A stretch of DNA of 57,406 bases from Spirochaetia bacterium (GTDB lineage Bacteria; Spirochaetota; Spirochaetia; DSM-27196; DATKUC01), in NCBI GenBank assembly GCA_035530835.1, contig DATKUC010000027.1:1-57406 (forward strand), given 5' to 3'. The notes below the pieces were generated by a model, which searched no databases, was not told the DNA's origin, and saw nothing but the letters and a program-made list of their open reading frames with translations. Made by a program: the position numbers and the translations under genes. Within the stretch, counting starts at the first letter, position 1, and each line of letters begins with the position of its first letter. Below, piece by piece: positions 18,720 through 27,171 of this stretch.

Positions 18720-19864
18720 TGGGCGCAGGCTATGCTTCCCGGGTGAACTTTACTGAGCTTCTCAGGCTCGGCTGGACTGATGCACTGAGGGAGGCGTTTG
18801 ACGAGGTGCTTTCAGCCTCCCGGCATGCGCGGCAACACCTGCTGCCGGGCAGAGTTACCATTCGACACAACTACATATACACAGTCGGCGGACCTGATGG
18901 CGATGTGAGTGCGCACATTGGCGGCAAGCTGCGCCATTCGGCGCCCTCCGCGCTTGAAATTCCTGCCGTCGGCGACTGGGTGGTCCTCGAGCAGCACAAG
19001 AGCTTCATCGCCAATCGCGCAGTTGCATTGAAACCGGAGGGCAACTTCCGCATTGCATCGATCCTGCCGCGAACAAGCACTCTGGTCCGAAAGAGCGCCG
19101 GGGTCGCATCGACCCCTCAGCTCCTCGCCGCAAACATCGACCTGGCGCTGGTGGTGAGCGGACTTGACCAGAACTTCAACGTGAATCGCATAGAGCGATT
19201 CATCAAGCTGGCGAACGAGAACAACATTCCCGCAGCAGTCGTGCTGAACAAAGCCGATCTCATTGCGGACCCTGCCGCCGCCATCCGACAGGTGGTCAGT
19301 CGAAACCCGGAAACTCCGGTTTTCGCTACAAGTTGCGTGTCGGGCGCAGGAATCCAGCAGCTCGCCGAATTTCTTCACTCAGTCGGAACCGTTGCGCTGC
19401 TCGGCTCTTCGGGAGGCGGCAAGTCAAGCCTCGTAAACCGGTTGCTGGGGGAGACCCGGCAGCGCGTTGCCGAGGTGCGGGAGTCCGATGAAAAGGGCCG
19501 GCACACCACCACGCACCGCGAAATCATCGCGCTTCCCGGCGGTTGTCTGATCATCGACACACCCGGGATGCGGGAATTGCAGCTGTGGAGCGATGATGAG
19601 GGAGAGCAGGATCTATTCTCGGACATCGAAGAGACCGCCACGAAGTGCCGATTCTCCAACTGTTCGCATCTGTCTGAACCTGGATGCGCAGTCCTCGAAT
19701 CCGTTGAAGCCGGTCGTCTCGACCCTGCCCGTTTGAGCAACTATCGCAAGATGAGTGAAGAGCTCACCTACCTCACTCGACGCCGAGAGCACCAGACACG
19801 GCCCGGTCGGTCCGGCGGGACAGACGGCGCCTCACGGCGATCGGGCAAACACCCGCGGGCGTAG
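18719..19864 (+). CDS. rsgA: Ribosome small-subunit-dependent GTPase A
   Basis: Circularly permuted GTPase (NKADL before GSSGGGKSSL) and C-terminal Zn-finger CRFSNCSHLSEPGCAV. The ATG overlaps the TGA of the upstream gene. Confidence 0.9.
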   Translation: MGAGYASRVNFTELLRLGWTDALREAFDEVLSASRHARQHLLPGRVTIRHNYIYTVGGPDGDVSAHIGGKLRHSAPSALEIPAVGDWVVLEQHKSFIANRAVALKPEGNFRIASILPRTSTLVRKSAGVASTPQLLAANIDLALVVSGLDQNFNVNRIERFIKLANENNIPAAVVLNKADLIADPAAAIRQVVSRNPETPVFATSCVSGAGIQQLAEFLHSVGTVALLGSSGGGKSSLVNRLLGETRQRVAEVRESDEKGRHTTTHREIIALPGGCLIIDTPGMRELQLWSDDEGEQDLFSDIEETATKCRFSNCSHLSEPGCAVLESVEAGRLDPARLSNYRKMSEELTYLTRRREHQTRPGRSGGTDGASRRSGKHPRA

Positions 19865-19980
19865 CGGCTCCCCGGACAGTTCGCTGTGCACTGAACCGTC
19901 AATGCGACCCGGCTTGCTCCGCGCCTGCCAGTTCGACTATTCTATGAATAGGGAATCGAACAAAAAGTCGGGTGGGGGGC

Positions 19981-21864
19981 ATGAGTATACCGGTTCGCGT
20001 GTTATATGCCGAACGGTCTGAGGACGATCTTCAGCAGGTCCTTGGTGCACTGAAACGTGAGGATCTTGAGCCTGAGGTCGTTCGAGTTGACACGCTCGCA
20101 GATTTAGCCGCATCTCTCGGCAGAGGTACCTGGGACCTGTTGGTCGTTGGTCTTGAGCCACTGAACGCGCTCAGACTCTGCCGCGAAAAGAAGTGCCGGG
20201 CACCGTTCATTGCAATCCTTGACCATGTTGATGAGGAATCGGTCGTCGAGCTGATGCGTGGCGGTGCGAGCGATTGCCTGCGCAGAGAACGAATCTCCCG
20301 ACTCGGCTCTATCGCACGCAGGCATATCGGATCGACGCCGTTTCTCCCCTCGGACGAAAAGTTCAAGCTCATGTTCGAGAAGAACCCGGAACCCATGAAC
20401 ATCTCGACCCGTGAAGGCATCCTTATCGACGTGAACGACGCCTACTGCGACCTTCTCGGATATCAGCGACAGGAACTCATCGGCAGAAACTCGGTTGATC
20501 TGGGAATTTGGGAACGTCGTGAAACCTGGCAGCGCCTGATCGATGAGTTCGATGCTCACGGGGAGCTCTCGAGCCATGACGCGTCGATGCGCACGAAGGT
20601 TGGTGAAAGTCGCACGTTCACCTGGTCGCTGAGCCGGCTGACGATCGACTCGAACGATTATCTGCTCTGGATCGGACGCGACCTGACTGATATCCGAATG
20701 CTGGAAAGCCGGATTCGGCAGACGCAGAAACTTGAGTCGATCGGTACACTCGCCGGCGGAATCGCGCACGACTTCAACAATATCCTTTCGGTGATCTACG
20801 GATACACCGAATTACTGGAAACCGAAACCCGCTCCGAACCGTTACGTCACCGTCATGTACTGGAAATTCTCAATGCCTCCACGCGGGCCCGCGATCTTGT
20901 CCGGCAGATTCTCACCTTCAGCAGGCGCCAGGAGATGGAACGGCGCGCTGTGCAGGTCTCGCTCGTGCTCAACGAGACGCTGAAACTGGTACGGGCAACC
21001 CTGCCCACGACGATTTCGGTTTCTCACAGCATCAGAACAAAGAGTCTGGTCCTGACCGATCCAACTGAACTGCACCAGGTATTCATGAACCTTCTGACAA
21101 ACGCCTATCAGGCAATGAGAAAACGGGGAGGGTCGCTCACGGTAATTGCGGATGATGTCCAGATCAAGCCGGGAGAGCTGCGAGGAGGTCTCGCGCTTGA
21201 GCCAGGGTCTTACATTCTGATAATTGTCTCGGATTCGGGCGAAGGGATTGCCGCGGAGCATCTCGAACGTATCTTCGAACCCTACTTCACGACGAAAAGT
21301 GCCGATGAAGGGACCGGCCTCGGCCTGTCGGTCGTGCATGGAATTGTTTCCGCAATGGGCGGTTCCGTTCTTGTTGAAAGTACTCTCGGTGTCGGCACCT
21401 CCTTTACGCTGTTCCTTCCGATTGTGGTCTCTACACAGGAGTTCGCGGTTCTCGAGAGTCAGAAACCGGAGGAAGAGCTGAGGGGAACCGAGCATATCCT
21501 TCTTGTCGACGATGAGGAGGAGATATCCTCCCTCACATCCGAAGCGTTGCGCAGGTATGGATATGAGGTAACGGCCTTCACCAACAGCGTGCACGCTCTG
21601 ACTGCCTTTATTCAGGCGCCACAGAAATACGATATCGTCGTGAGCGACCAGACAATGCCCGGACTCACTGGGGTTGAGCTTGTTCAGCGAATCAAGCAGT
21701 TTCGCGAGGACATTCCCGCCGTACTATGCACGGGATACAGCGATGTGGTGGACGCCGAACACGCTGCGATGATGGGTACTGACGAGTTTCTGATGAAGCC
21801 GATCTCTGCCGCCGATCTTGCATTCAGCGTACGAAAGGCGTTGAAAAGACGCGCCACCGGATAA
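19981..21864 (+). CDS. Hybrid sensor histidine kinase (N-terminal pseudo-receiver, PAS, HisKA, HATPase_c, C-terminal receiver)
   Basis: H-box IAHDFNNIL, G boxes DSGEGI and GTGLGLS, and a canonical C-terminal REC (VDDEEE, VVSDQTMPG, LMKP). The N-terminal REC-like fold lacks the phospho-Asp. Confidence 0.85.
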   Translation: MSIPVRVLYAERSEDDLQQVLGALKREDLEPEVVRVDTLADLAASLGRGTWDLLVVGLEPLNALRLCREKKCRAPFIAILDHVDEESVVELMRGGASDCLRRERISRLGSIARRHIGSTPFLPSDEKFKLMFEKNPEPMNISTREGILIDVNDAYCDLLGYQRQELIGRNSVDLGIWERRETWQRLIDEFDAHGELSSHDASMRTKVGESRTFTWSLSRLTIDSNDYLLWIGRDLTDIRMLESRIRQTQKLESIGTLAGGIAHDFNNILSVIYGYTELLETETRSEPLRHRHVLEILNASTRARDLVRQILTFSRRQEMERRAVQVSLVLNETLKLVRATLPTTISVSHSIRTKSLVLTDPTELHQVFMNLLTNAYQAMRKRGGSLTVIADDVQIKPGELRGGLALEPGSYILIIVSDSGEGIAAEHLERIFEPYFTTKSADEGTGLGLSVVHGIVSAMGGSVLVESTLGVGTSFTLFLPIVVSTQEFAVLESQKPEEELRGTEHILLVDDEEEISSLTSEALRRYGYEVTAFTNSVHALTAFIQAPQKYDIVVSDQTMPGLTGVELVQRIKQFREDIPAVLCTGYSDVVDAEHAAMMGTDEFLMKPISAADLAFSVRKALKRRATG

Positions 21865-21895
21865 GCCGCAGGATTCCTCCGCCTGCACTATGCTG

Positions 21896-23299
21896 CTAAG
21901 GCAGTCGGCTGCCCAAGACACCGCGATGACGCAGCGCGTCGGTGAACTCGTCGAGACAGGCGGGTGTGACTCCTCGTTCGCGGCTTATCCGCGCATAGAA
22001 GCGCCCGCTGTCGCGAACAGTTCGCACCTGTGTGCCGAAATCCACGTGTATCAAACCGAACCGCGCCGCGACCCCTTCGGCCCATTCGAAGTTGTCCATG
22101 AGCGTCCAGTGGTAGTAGCGCCGAACATCAACACCTTCCGTGGCAAGTCGCGCGACTTGAAACAGATGTTCGTACAGATATCGCGCCCGAAACCGGTCAT
22201 CAGCATCGCAGGTGCCGTTCTCGGTGATATATACCGGAATCCGGTATCGCTGGTAGCTTGATTTCACCGCCCGATACAGCCCCTCCGGAAATATTTCCCA
22301 GCCGAGCTCGTTTCGGTCGGGGCCTGAGCTCTGCACGATCCTGCCGAACGGCAACTGCCCGCCGAGCGCAAACTGAATCATTTCCCGGGAATAGTAGTTG
22401 ATGCCCACAAAGTCAGAGTAGCGGCCCGTTGCGCCCGCCCGCCTCCGCAGCTCACGGTAAGCAACCCGATCGGTTGCCGAGTCCCCTCGAAGCGGCAGGA
22501 TGAACCGTCCCCGCACCACTCCCTCCAGGAACATGTCGTGGAACAGGTGATTAAACCCTGCGGCAACGAGTCGATCGAGCGGATTCCCGCCGTAGGGATC
22601 AAAGGGTCGAATGTGGATCGCGGTGCCGACCAGTGTATCGTCCCGGCCGAGTTCACGCCGCATGGCGTGGATGGTCAGGTAGCAGCGCTTATGAGCCCGG
22701 ATGAGGTTTCGTGCGCCGATGAGAAAATCGCGCATGCTGCGGTGCGCCGGTGGCCATTCGCCGATGGTGAAGCCGCTGAACAGATAGACATTCGGCTCGT
22801 TGATGACAATCCATTCCGCGACCAGATCGCCAAGGTTACGAACAACGTGCGCCACGAACTCTGCAAAGATCTCAGGCGAATCTTCCCGCAGCCAGCCGCC
22901 TGAGTCTTCGAACCAGAGCGGATTGGTGAAGTGATGTAGTGTTAAAAGCGGAAGAATACCCGCGTCGTTCAGCGCGACCACTTCAGCCCGGTAGTGATCG
23001 ATTGCCGTCTGGTCAAAGACACCGCGGGCAGGTTCGATCCGCGCCCACTCCACGCTGAACCGGTAGGTAGTGCAGCCGACCTCGGCAAGAAGTGCGGTAT
23101 CCTCGGCAATCCTGTTCCAGTGATCACAGGCGGGAGAGCAGCGGGAGCCATCTTTCGTGTGCCCGAGATCGGCCCACCTGCTCCAGCTGTGAACAACCTC
23201 ACCGCCTTCAATCTGAGTCGCCGCGGTGGCCGCGCCAAGCTGAACCCCGGCCGGCAGCGAAAACGGCAGGTGGCGATCCTGATCTTCCCGGTTCTTCAT
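21896..23299 (-). CDS. Glycoside hydrolase family 1 (beta-glucosidase/beta-galactosidase type)
   Basis: Acid/base motif INEPNVY, nucleophile motif YITENG, and TLHHFTNPLWF. Confidence 0.9.
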   Translation of the reverse strand: MKNREDQDRHLPFSLPAGVQLGAATAATQIEGGEVVHSWSRWADLGHTKDGSRCSPACDHWNRIAEDTALLAEVGCTTYRFSVEWARIEPARGVFDQTAIDHYRAEVVALNDAGILPLLTLHHFTNPLWFEDSGGWLREDSPEIFAEFVAHVVRNLGDLVAEWIVINEPNVYLFSGFTIGEWPPAHRSMRDFLIGARNLIRAHKRCYLTIHAMRRELGRDDTLVGTAIHIRPFDPYGGNPLDRLVAAGFNHLFHDMFLEGVVRGRFILPLRGDSATDRVAYRELRRRAGATGRYSDFVGINYYSREMIQFALGGQLPFGRIVQSSGPDRNELGWEIFPEGLYRAVKSSYQRYRIPVYITENGTCDADDRFRARYLYEHLFQVARLATEGVDVRRYYHWTLMDNFEWAEGVAARFGLIHVDFGTQVRTVRDSGRFYARISRERGVTPACLDEFTDALRHRGVLGSRLP

Positions 23300-23308
23300 C
23301 GTCGCGCC

Positions 23309-24418
23309 CTACACGTTGAACTTGAAGTGCATGATATCGCCATCCTGCACTTCGTACTCTTTCCCTTCCTGACGCAGTTTTCCCGCCTCGCGAACCTTCT
23401 GTTCGCTGCCAAGGGCAAAAAGATCGTCGCAGTGGTAGGTCTCAGCACGAATGAATCCCCGCTCGAAGTCACTATGGATAACGCCTGCAGCCTGCGGTGC
23501 CTTGTCACCGGCACGGATGGTCCACGCGCGCACCTCCATCGGTCCCGCAGTGAAGTAGGTACGCAGGCCGAGAAGCCTGAACCCTTCGTGGATGAGTCGG
23601 GACAAGCCTGACTCTACCAGCCCCGACTCCTCGAGGAACAACCGCTTCTCTTCATCGCTTTCGAGTCTGCCGATTTCGGCTTCAAGTTGCCCGCAGATGG
23701 TTACCACACCCGCACCTTCGGCCGCCGCTGCTTTTTCAACCTGTTCGACATATCGGCTCCTGGTGCGCAGCCCCGCTTCATCGACGTTGCACACGAACAG
23801 CTGTCGTTTCCGGGTGATGAGATGGAGATCCGTAATGAGCTTCTCCTGTTCCGCCGAAAGCTCGGCGAGCCGCGCGGGCTTCCCGTCCGACAGGAGTGTC
23901 CGTATCTGCTCGAGCACGGGCTGGGACGACTGCGCGCGCTTTGCAACCTCTCGATCGTTTGAGCGATACTCGCGTTCGAGCTTCTGCAATCGTTTTTCAA
24001 CGCTCTCCAGATCGGCGAGCGCGAGTTCGATGTTGATAGTCTCAATGTCGGATTCAGGGTTGACCGCGCCGTCGACGTGGATAATGTCGCTGCTATCGAA
24101 GCAGCGCACCACATGAATAATGACCCCGGTGTTGCGAATGTGGCCGAGGAACTGATTGCCCCGCCCCTCACCCTTCGATGCCCCACGTACCAGACCTGCA
24201 ATATCGACGAACTCGACAATTGCAGGCACGATGCGGTCGGGAGGAATGATCGCTGCGATCTTCGCAAGCCGCGGATCAGGCACGTTCACGATGCCGACGT
24301 TTGGATCGATAGTGCAGAACGGATAATTTGCTATATCTGCCTGAATAGCCGTGAGGGCAGAAAAAATAGTAGATTTTCCCACATTGGGAAGTCCTACGAT
24401 ACCACAATTGAGTTGCAT
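23309..24418 (-). CDS. ychF: Redox-regulated ATPase YchF (Obg-like)
   Basis: GIVGLPNVGKSTIFSALT P-loop and a TGS-like C-terminus ending DGDIMHFKFNV. ATG 24418 lies within ORF 23309..24481. Confidence 0.9.
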   Translation of the reverse strand: MQLNCGIVGLPNVGKSTIFSALTAIQADIANYPFCTIDPNVGIVNVPDPRLAKIAAIIPPDRIVPAIVEFVDIAGLVRGASKGEGRGNQFLGHIRNTGVIIHVVRCFDSSDIIHVDGAVNPESDIETINIELALADLESVEKRLQKLEREYRSNDREVAKRAQSSQPVLEQIRTLLSDGKPARLAELSAEQEKLITDLHLITRKRQLFVCNVDEAGLRTRSRYVEQVEKAAAAEGAGVVTICGQLEAEIGRLESDEEKRLFLEESGLVESGLSRLIHEGFRLLGLRTYFTAGPMEVRAWTIRAGDKAPQAAGVIHSDFERGFIRAETYHCDDLFALGSEQKVREAGKLRQEGKEYEVQDGDIMHFKFNV

Positions 24419-24532
24419 GCAGAAATCCTTAGTGTACGCTGGACGTGGCACACGAGGATCGTGCCGCTTGCCCGGACGCAAAGTCCGCTCATTGTAGACA
24501 GGATTACCCGGATCGACAAGAAGGTTCGTAAC

Positions 24533-24937
24533 ATGGAAAAGATCAGCTCTCTCACGAAGGCCGAAGAGGTTGTTCGCGACTATCAGATTGTGATGCTCTA
24601 CTTCTCACGGAACGAGTGTGGCGTCTGCGACGCGATACGACCGAAGGTTGAGCAACTGCTCGCAAGCCGCCCGCGCATCCGGGCGTTCGAAATTAACGCC
24701 GAGGAGACGCCCGAAGCCGCCGCGCAGTACAGCATATTCACCATCCCCGGCATCCTGCTGTTCATTCTCGGCAAGGAGTCGATACGCGAAGCCCGCTATG
24801 TGTCGATCGAAGAACTTACCGGACGCATCGACCGGTACCTGGACATGCTGCCTGAGCAAACTCTGCCGGGGCAACTTTTGCCGGGGCAACTTTTGCCGGG
24901 GCAACTCTTGCCTACAGATCGGCAGCACGCGTTCTGA
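24533..24937 (+). CDS. Thioredoxin-fold protein (CGVC active site) with a C-terminal LPGQL repeat tail
   Basis: VMLYFSRNECGVCDAIRPKV and FTIPGILLF (cis-Pro region). ATG 24533 lies within ORF 24077..24937, whose 5' part is antisense to ychF. Confidence 0.7.
   Translation: MEKISSLTKAEEVVRDYQIVMLYFSRNECGVCDAIRPKVEQLLASRPRIRAFEINAEETPEAAAQYSIFTIPGILLFILGKESIREARYVSIEELTGRIDRYLDMLPEQTLPGQLLPGQLLPGQLLPTDRQHAF
24864..24912 (+). repeat. In-frame 15-bp tandem repeat, about 3.3 copies (TGCCGGGGCAACTYT), encoding (LPGQL)3
   Basis: Units at 24864-24878, 24879-24893 (identical to the first), 24894-24908 (1 mismatch), and a partial unit at 24909-24912. Confidence 0.9.
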
Positions 24938-24959
24938 CCATCGGCGTATTCAGATCGGG

Positions 24960-25520
24960 CTACCGCTTCTTTCGCTCGAGTTCCGCCAGATAATCGCGAA
25001 AGCCGCTGCTTTCGAGCCGTTCCGCCTTGTCTTCGACTTCGCCACGCTGACTATCCGCGTACCGCTCGAGCGCGCTGCGCACCTCGGCGCGGCCAATCGC
25101 AATGATGCGGGCCGCGAGCAGCCCGGCGTTTCGTGCATTGTTTATTGCAACAGTCGCCACCGGAATTCCGGCGGGCATCTGTACGATCGACAGCAGCGAA
25201 TCGAGTCCGCTGAGCGTTGCCGATGAGACCGGCACGCCAATCACCGGCAGCGTGGTCAGCGCGGCGACCATGCCCGGAAGGTGCGCCGCACCTCCCGCCC
25301 CGGCAATAACTACCGCAATTCCACGGGCCGCCGCGCCGCGCGCAAACTCATACATCCTGTCGGGTGTGCGGTGAGCGGATACAATGGTCACTTCGAACGG
25401 CACGCCTAGCGTCTCAAGCTGCACCGCGGCCTGGGACATCACCGGGAGGTCCGAATCGCTTCCCATAATAATGGCGACAAGCGGTGCATCGGCACTCCTG
25501 CTCTCTTCAGTCGTCGACAT
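24960..25520 (-). CDS. purE: N5-carboxyaminoimidazole ribonucleotide mutase
   Basis: [14 protein letters not shown] and [16 protein letters not shown] 25520 overlaps the purK 3' end by 14 nt. Confidence 0.9.
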   Translation of the reverse strand: MSTTEESRSADAPLVAIIMGSDSDLPVMSQAAVQLETLGVPFEVTIVSAHRTPDRMYEFARGAAARGIAVVIAGAGGAAHLPGMVAALTTLPVIGVPVSSATLSGLDSLLSIVQMPAGIPVATVAINNARNAGLLAARIIAIGRAEVRSALERYADSQRGEVEDKAERLESSGFRDYLAELERKKR

Positions 25521-26703
25521 ATTCCCCCCGAATCCGGACCGTATCCTGTACCGTCCGTGCAATCAGCCGCGCCTGTGCGAGGTCGGCGGCCAGTACCGTG
25601 ACATGCCCCATCTTCCGATTTGCACGCGTCTCGGCTTTCCCGTACCAGTGGAACTGAACGCCGGGAAGCGATAGGATTTCGTCGAGCCCTTCGATCACCG
25701 GACGACCATGCGACCCCGGCTCACCAAGCAGATTGATCATCACCGCATCCGATAGGAGCGTCGTGTCGCCAAGCGGCAGTCCGCAGATTGCCCGCAGATG
25801 CTGTTCAAACTGATCGGTAATGCACGCTTCAATTGAGAAATGGCCGGAATTGTGCGGGCGGGGCGCAATCTCATTCACGAGCACGCGGCCGTCCGTATCG
25901 ACAAAAAGTTCGACTGCAAAGATACCGACGCCCCCAATCGCCTCGACTGCCCTGACCGCCTCCGCTCGCAGGCGCTCTGCGGCGTCCGAATCGACGTCCG
26001 CGGGTGCCTCAAGCCATTCGAGCACGTTTGCATCGGATCGGAACTTCATGCCGACAAGCGGATAGGTCGCAAGCGCGCCGTCGGTCGCACGTGCAATGAT
26101 AACCGCTACCTCGGTGCGCACGGTGATTAGCTCTTCGACCATCGTCTCACCGGGTAGCAGTCTCGAAAGCTTCTGTTCCTGTTCGACCACCAGGACACCG
26201 CGGCCATCGTATCCGCCCTTCCGCGCCTTCTGGACGCAGGGGAACCCGAACGCTGTGAGCTGATCGGCCGCGGAGGGTGCGCCCGTGCCGGTATCCACAA
26301 CCGCAAACCGCGGAACCGACACGCCTGCGTCGCGAAGCACACACTTCTGAACCCACTTGTCCTGAATCGTCTTGAGCACAGCCGGCGAGGGTCGCACTGC
26401 TACTCCTTCGGATTCGAGCGCCGAAAGCACATCGGCATCAAGGTGTTCGATCTCGTAGGTGATGACGTCGCAGCCTTCTGCAAGCTTACGGATTGCCGCA
26501 GGATCGTAGAGGCTGCCCTGTACAAAACGGTCGGCCAGCACTGCTGCGGGTGCCGAGATCGACTCGTCGAGCACGCTGACCTCCATGCCGAGCTTGCGTG
26601 CCCGGTAGATCATCATCCGGCCAAGCTGGCCACCACCGATAATGCCCACTCGGAGTAGCGGCGACATCCTGCGTTGTCCTGTTCTATGCGACATCGTATT
26701 CAT
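25507..26703 (-). CDS. purK: N5-carboxyaminoimidazole ribonucleotide synthase (ATP-grasp)
   Basis: [16 protein letters not shown]-grasp body, and position upstream of purE. ATG 26667 is an alternative start. Confidence 0.9.
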   Translation of the reverse strand: MNTMSHRTGQRRMSPLLRVGIIGGGQLGRMMIYRARKLGMEVSVLDESISAPAAVLADRFVQGSLYDPAAIRKLAEGCDVITYEIEHLDADVLSALESEGVAVRPSPAVLKTIQDKWVQKCVLRDAGVSVPRFAVVDTGTGAPSAADQLTAFGFPCVQKARKGGYDGRGVLVVEQEQKLSRLLPGETMVEELITVRTEVAVIIARATDGALATYPLVGMKFRSDANVLEWLEAPADVDSDAAERLRAEAVRAVEAIGGVGIFAVELFVDTDGRVLVNEIAPRPHNSGHFSIEACITDQFEQHLRAICGLPLGDTTLLSDAVMINLLGEPGSHGRPVIEGLDEILSLPGVQFHWYGKAETRANRKMGHVTVLAADLAQARLIARTVQDTVRIRGEYVDD

Positions 26704-26776
26704 CCATTGCCTCTGAAGGCTACCAGCTTGATCGCAATTGTGCCACGGGTGAGTGTACGATCCTGCAGCGATTTGT

Positions 26777-26805
26777 TTGACAAATCAGGGAGAGAGGGGT
26801 AGATT
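26777..26805 (+). promoter_or_regulatory. Sigma-70-like promoter TTGACA-N17-TAGATT with no protein gene downstream on this strand
   Basis: TTGACA 26777-26782, 17-nt spacer, TAGATT 26800-26805. Confidence 0.45.
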
Positions 26806-26811
26806 TGATAT

Positions 26812-27126
26812 GTGGGTTGGGTTGCCGATGTACAACGGGTACGTGGTAATTCAAACTGGCTAAGATGTGTGGAAGACCAAACGGTTGCACCATAGGAGGT
26901 CATCAATGACCGACAGAGGATCAGCAGAGCCGCCGGTTTTTGACGGCCGGATTTACCGGCACATAATCTCCCAAAAGGGGAGTTTGTAATATACGTCGCG
27001 GTGCGTAAACCGCGTAACAAGCAATTGACGAGATTCAGGCTGGTGTAGATTGGCGGCGCGTAAAGGAGCGCGGGCCGGTTACTCCAGGTAGGATCGACAA
27101 AGCCGGCCGAAGAGCCGGCTTTTTTG
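26812..27126 (+). ncRNA. Candidate structured small RNA of unknown family, about 315 nt, bounded by a promoter and an intrinsic terminator
   Basis: Bounded by the promoter at 26777-26805 and the terminator at 27101-27126. Contains several clean local hairpins and an SD-preceded 27-codon ORF (26906..26989). No match by eye to RNase P, tmRNA, SRP, 6S or common riboswitch cores. Confidence 0.35.
27101..27126 (+). terminator. Rho-independent terminator (7-bp GC stem plus T-tract), possibly bidirectional
   Basis: AGCCGGC (27101-27107) / GCCGGCT (27114-27120), 6-nt loop, then TTTTTG. On the minus strand it lies 45 nt after the CDF transporter stop but is followed only by TTTG. Confidence 0.7.
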
Positions 27127-27171
27127 TGGCCGAAAGAAAGAAAACACGAATCGACTGCCCATTCACGTTCG

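Noticed and set aside
24864-24912. Tandem repeat considered as a possible CRISPR or phase-variation tract.
   Set aside because: The units are only 15 bp, directly abutting with no spacers, and lie in frame inside a CDS. It is not a CRISPR array. Because the unit length is a multiple of 3, copy-number change cannot switch the gene off.
26704-26900. Possible purine, ZTP or other riboswitch in the purK 5' leader (minus strand).
   Set aside because: I read the reverse complement and found no guanine/adenine riboswitch core and no ZTP CCGCCUGGGC-type 3' element. I also found no B12 box and no TPP or FMN signatures. A divergent element cannot be excluded without a covariance-model scan.
26700-27020. 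106-aa minus-strand ORF whose TGA overlaps the purK ATG (ATGA), suggesting an upstream coupled gene.
   Set aside because: It has a TTG start and third codon positions that are not GC-biased, unlike the real genes here. The Ser/Thr/Arg/Leu-rich sequence has no motif. The region is better explained as non-coding (purK leader and/or plus-strand sRNA).
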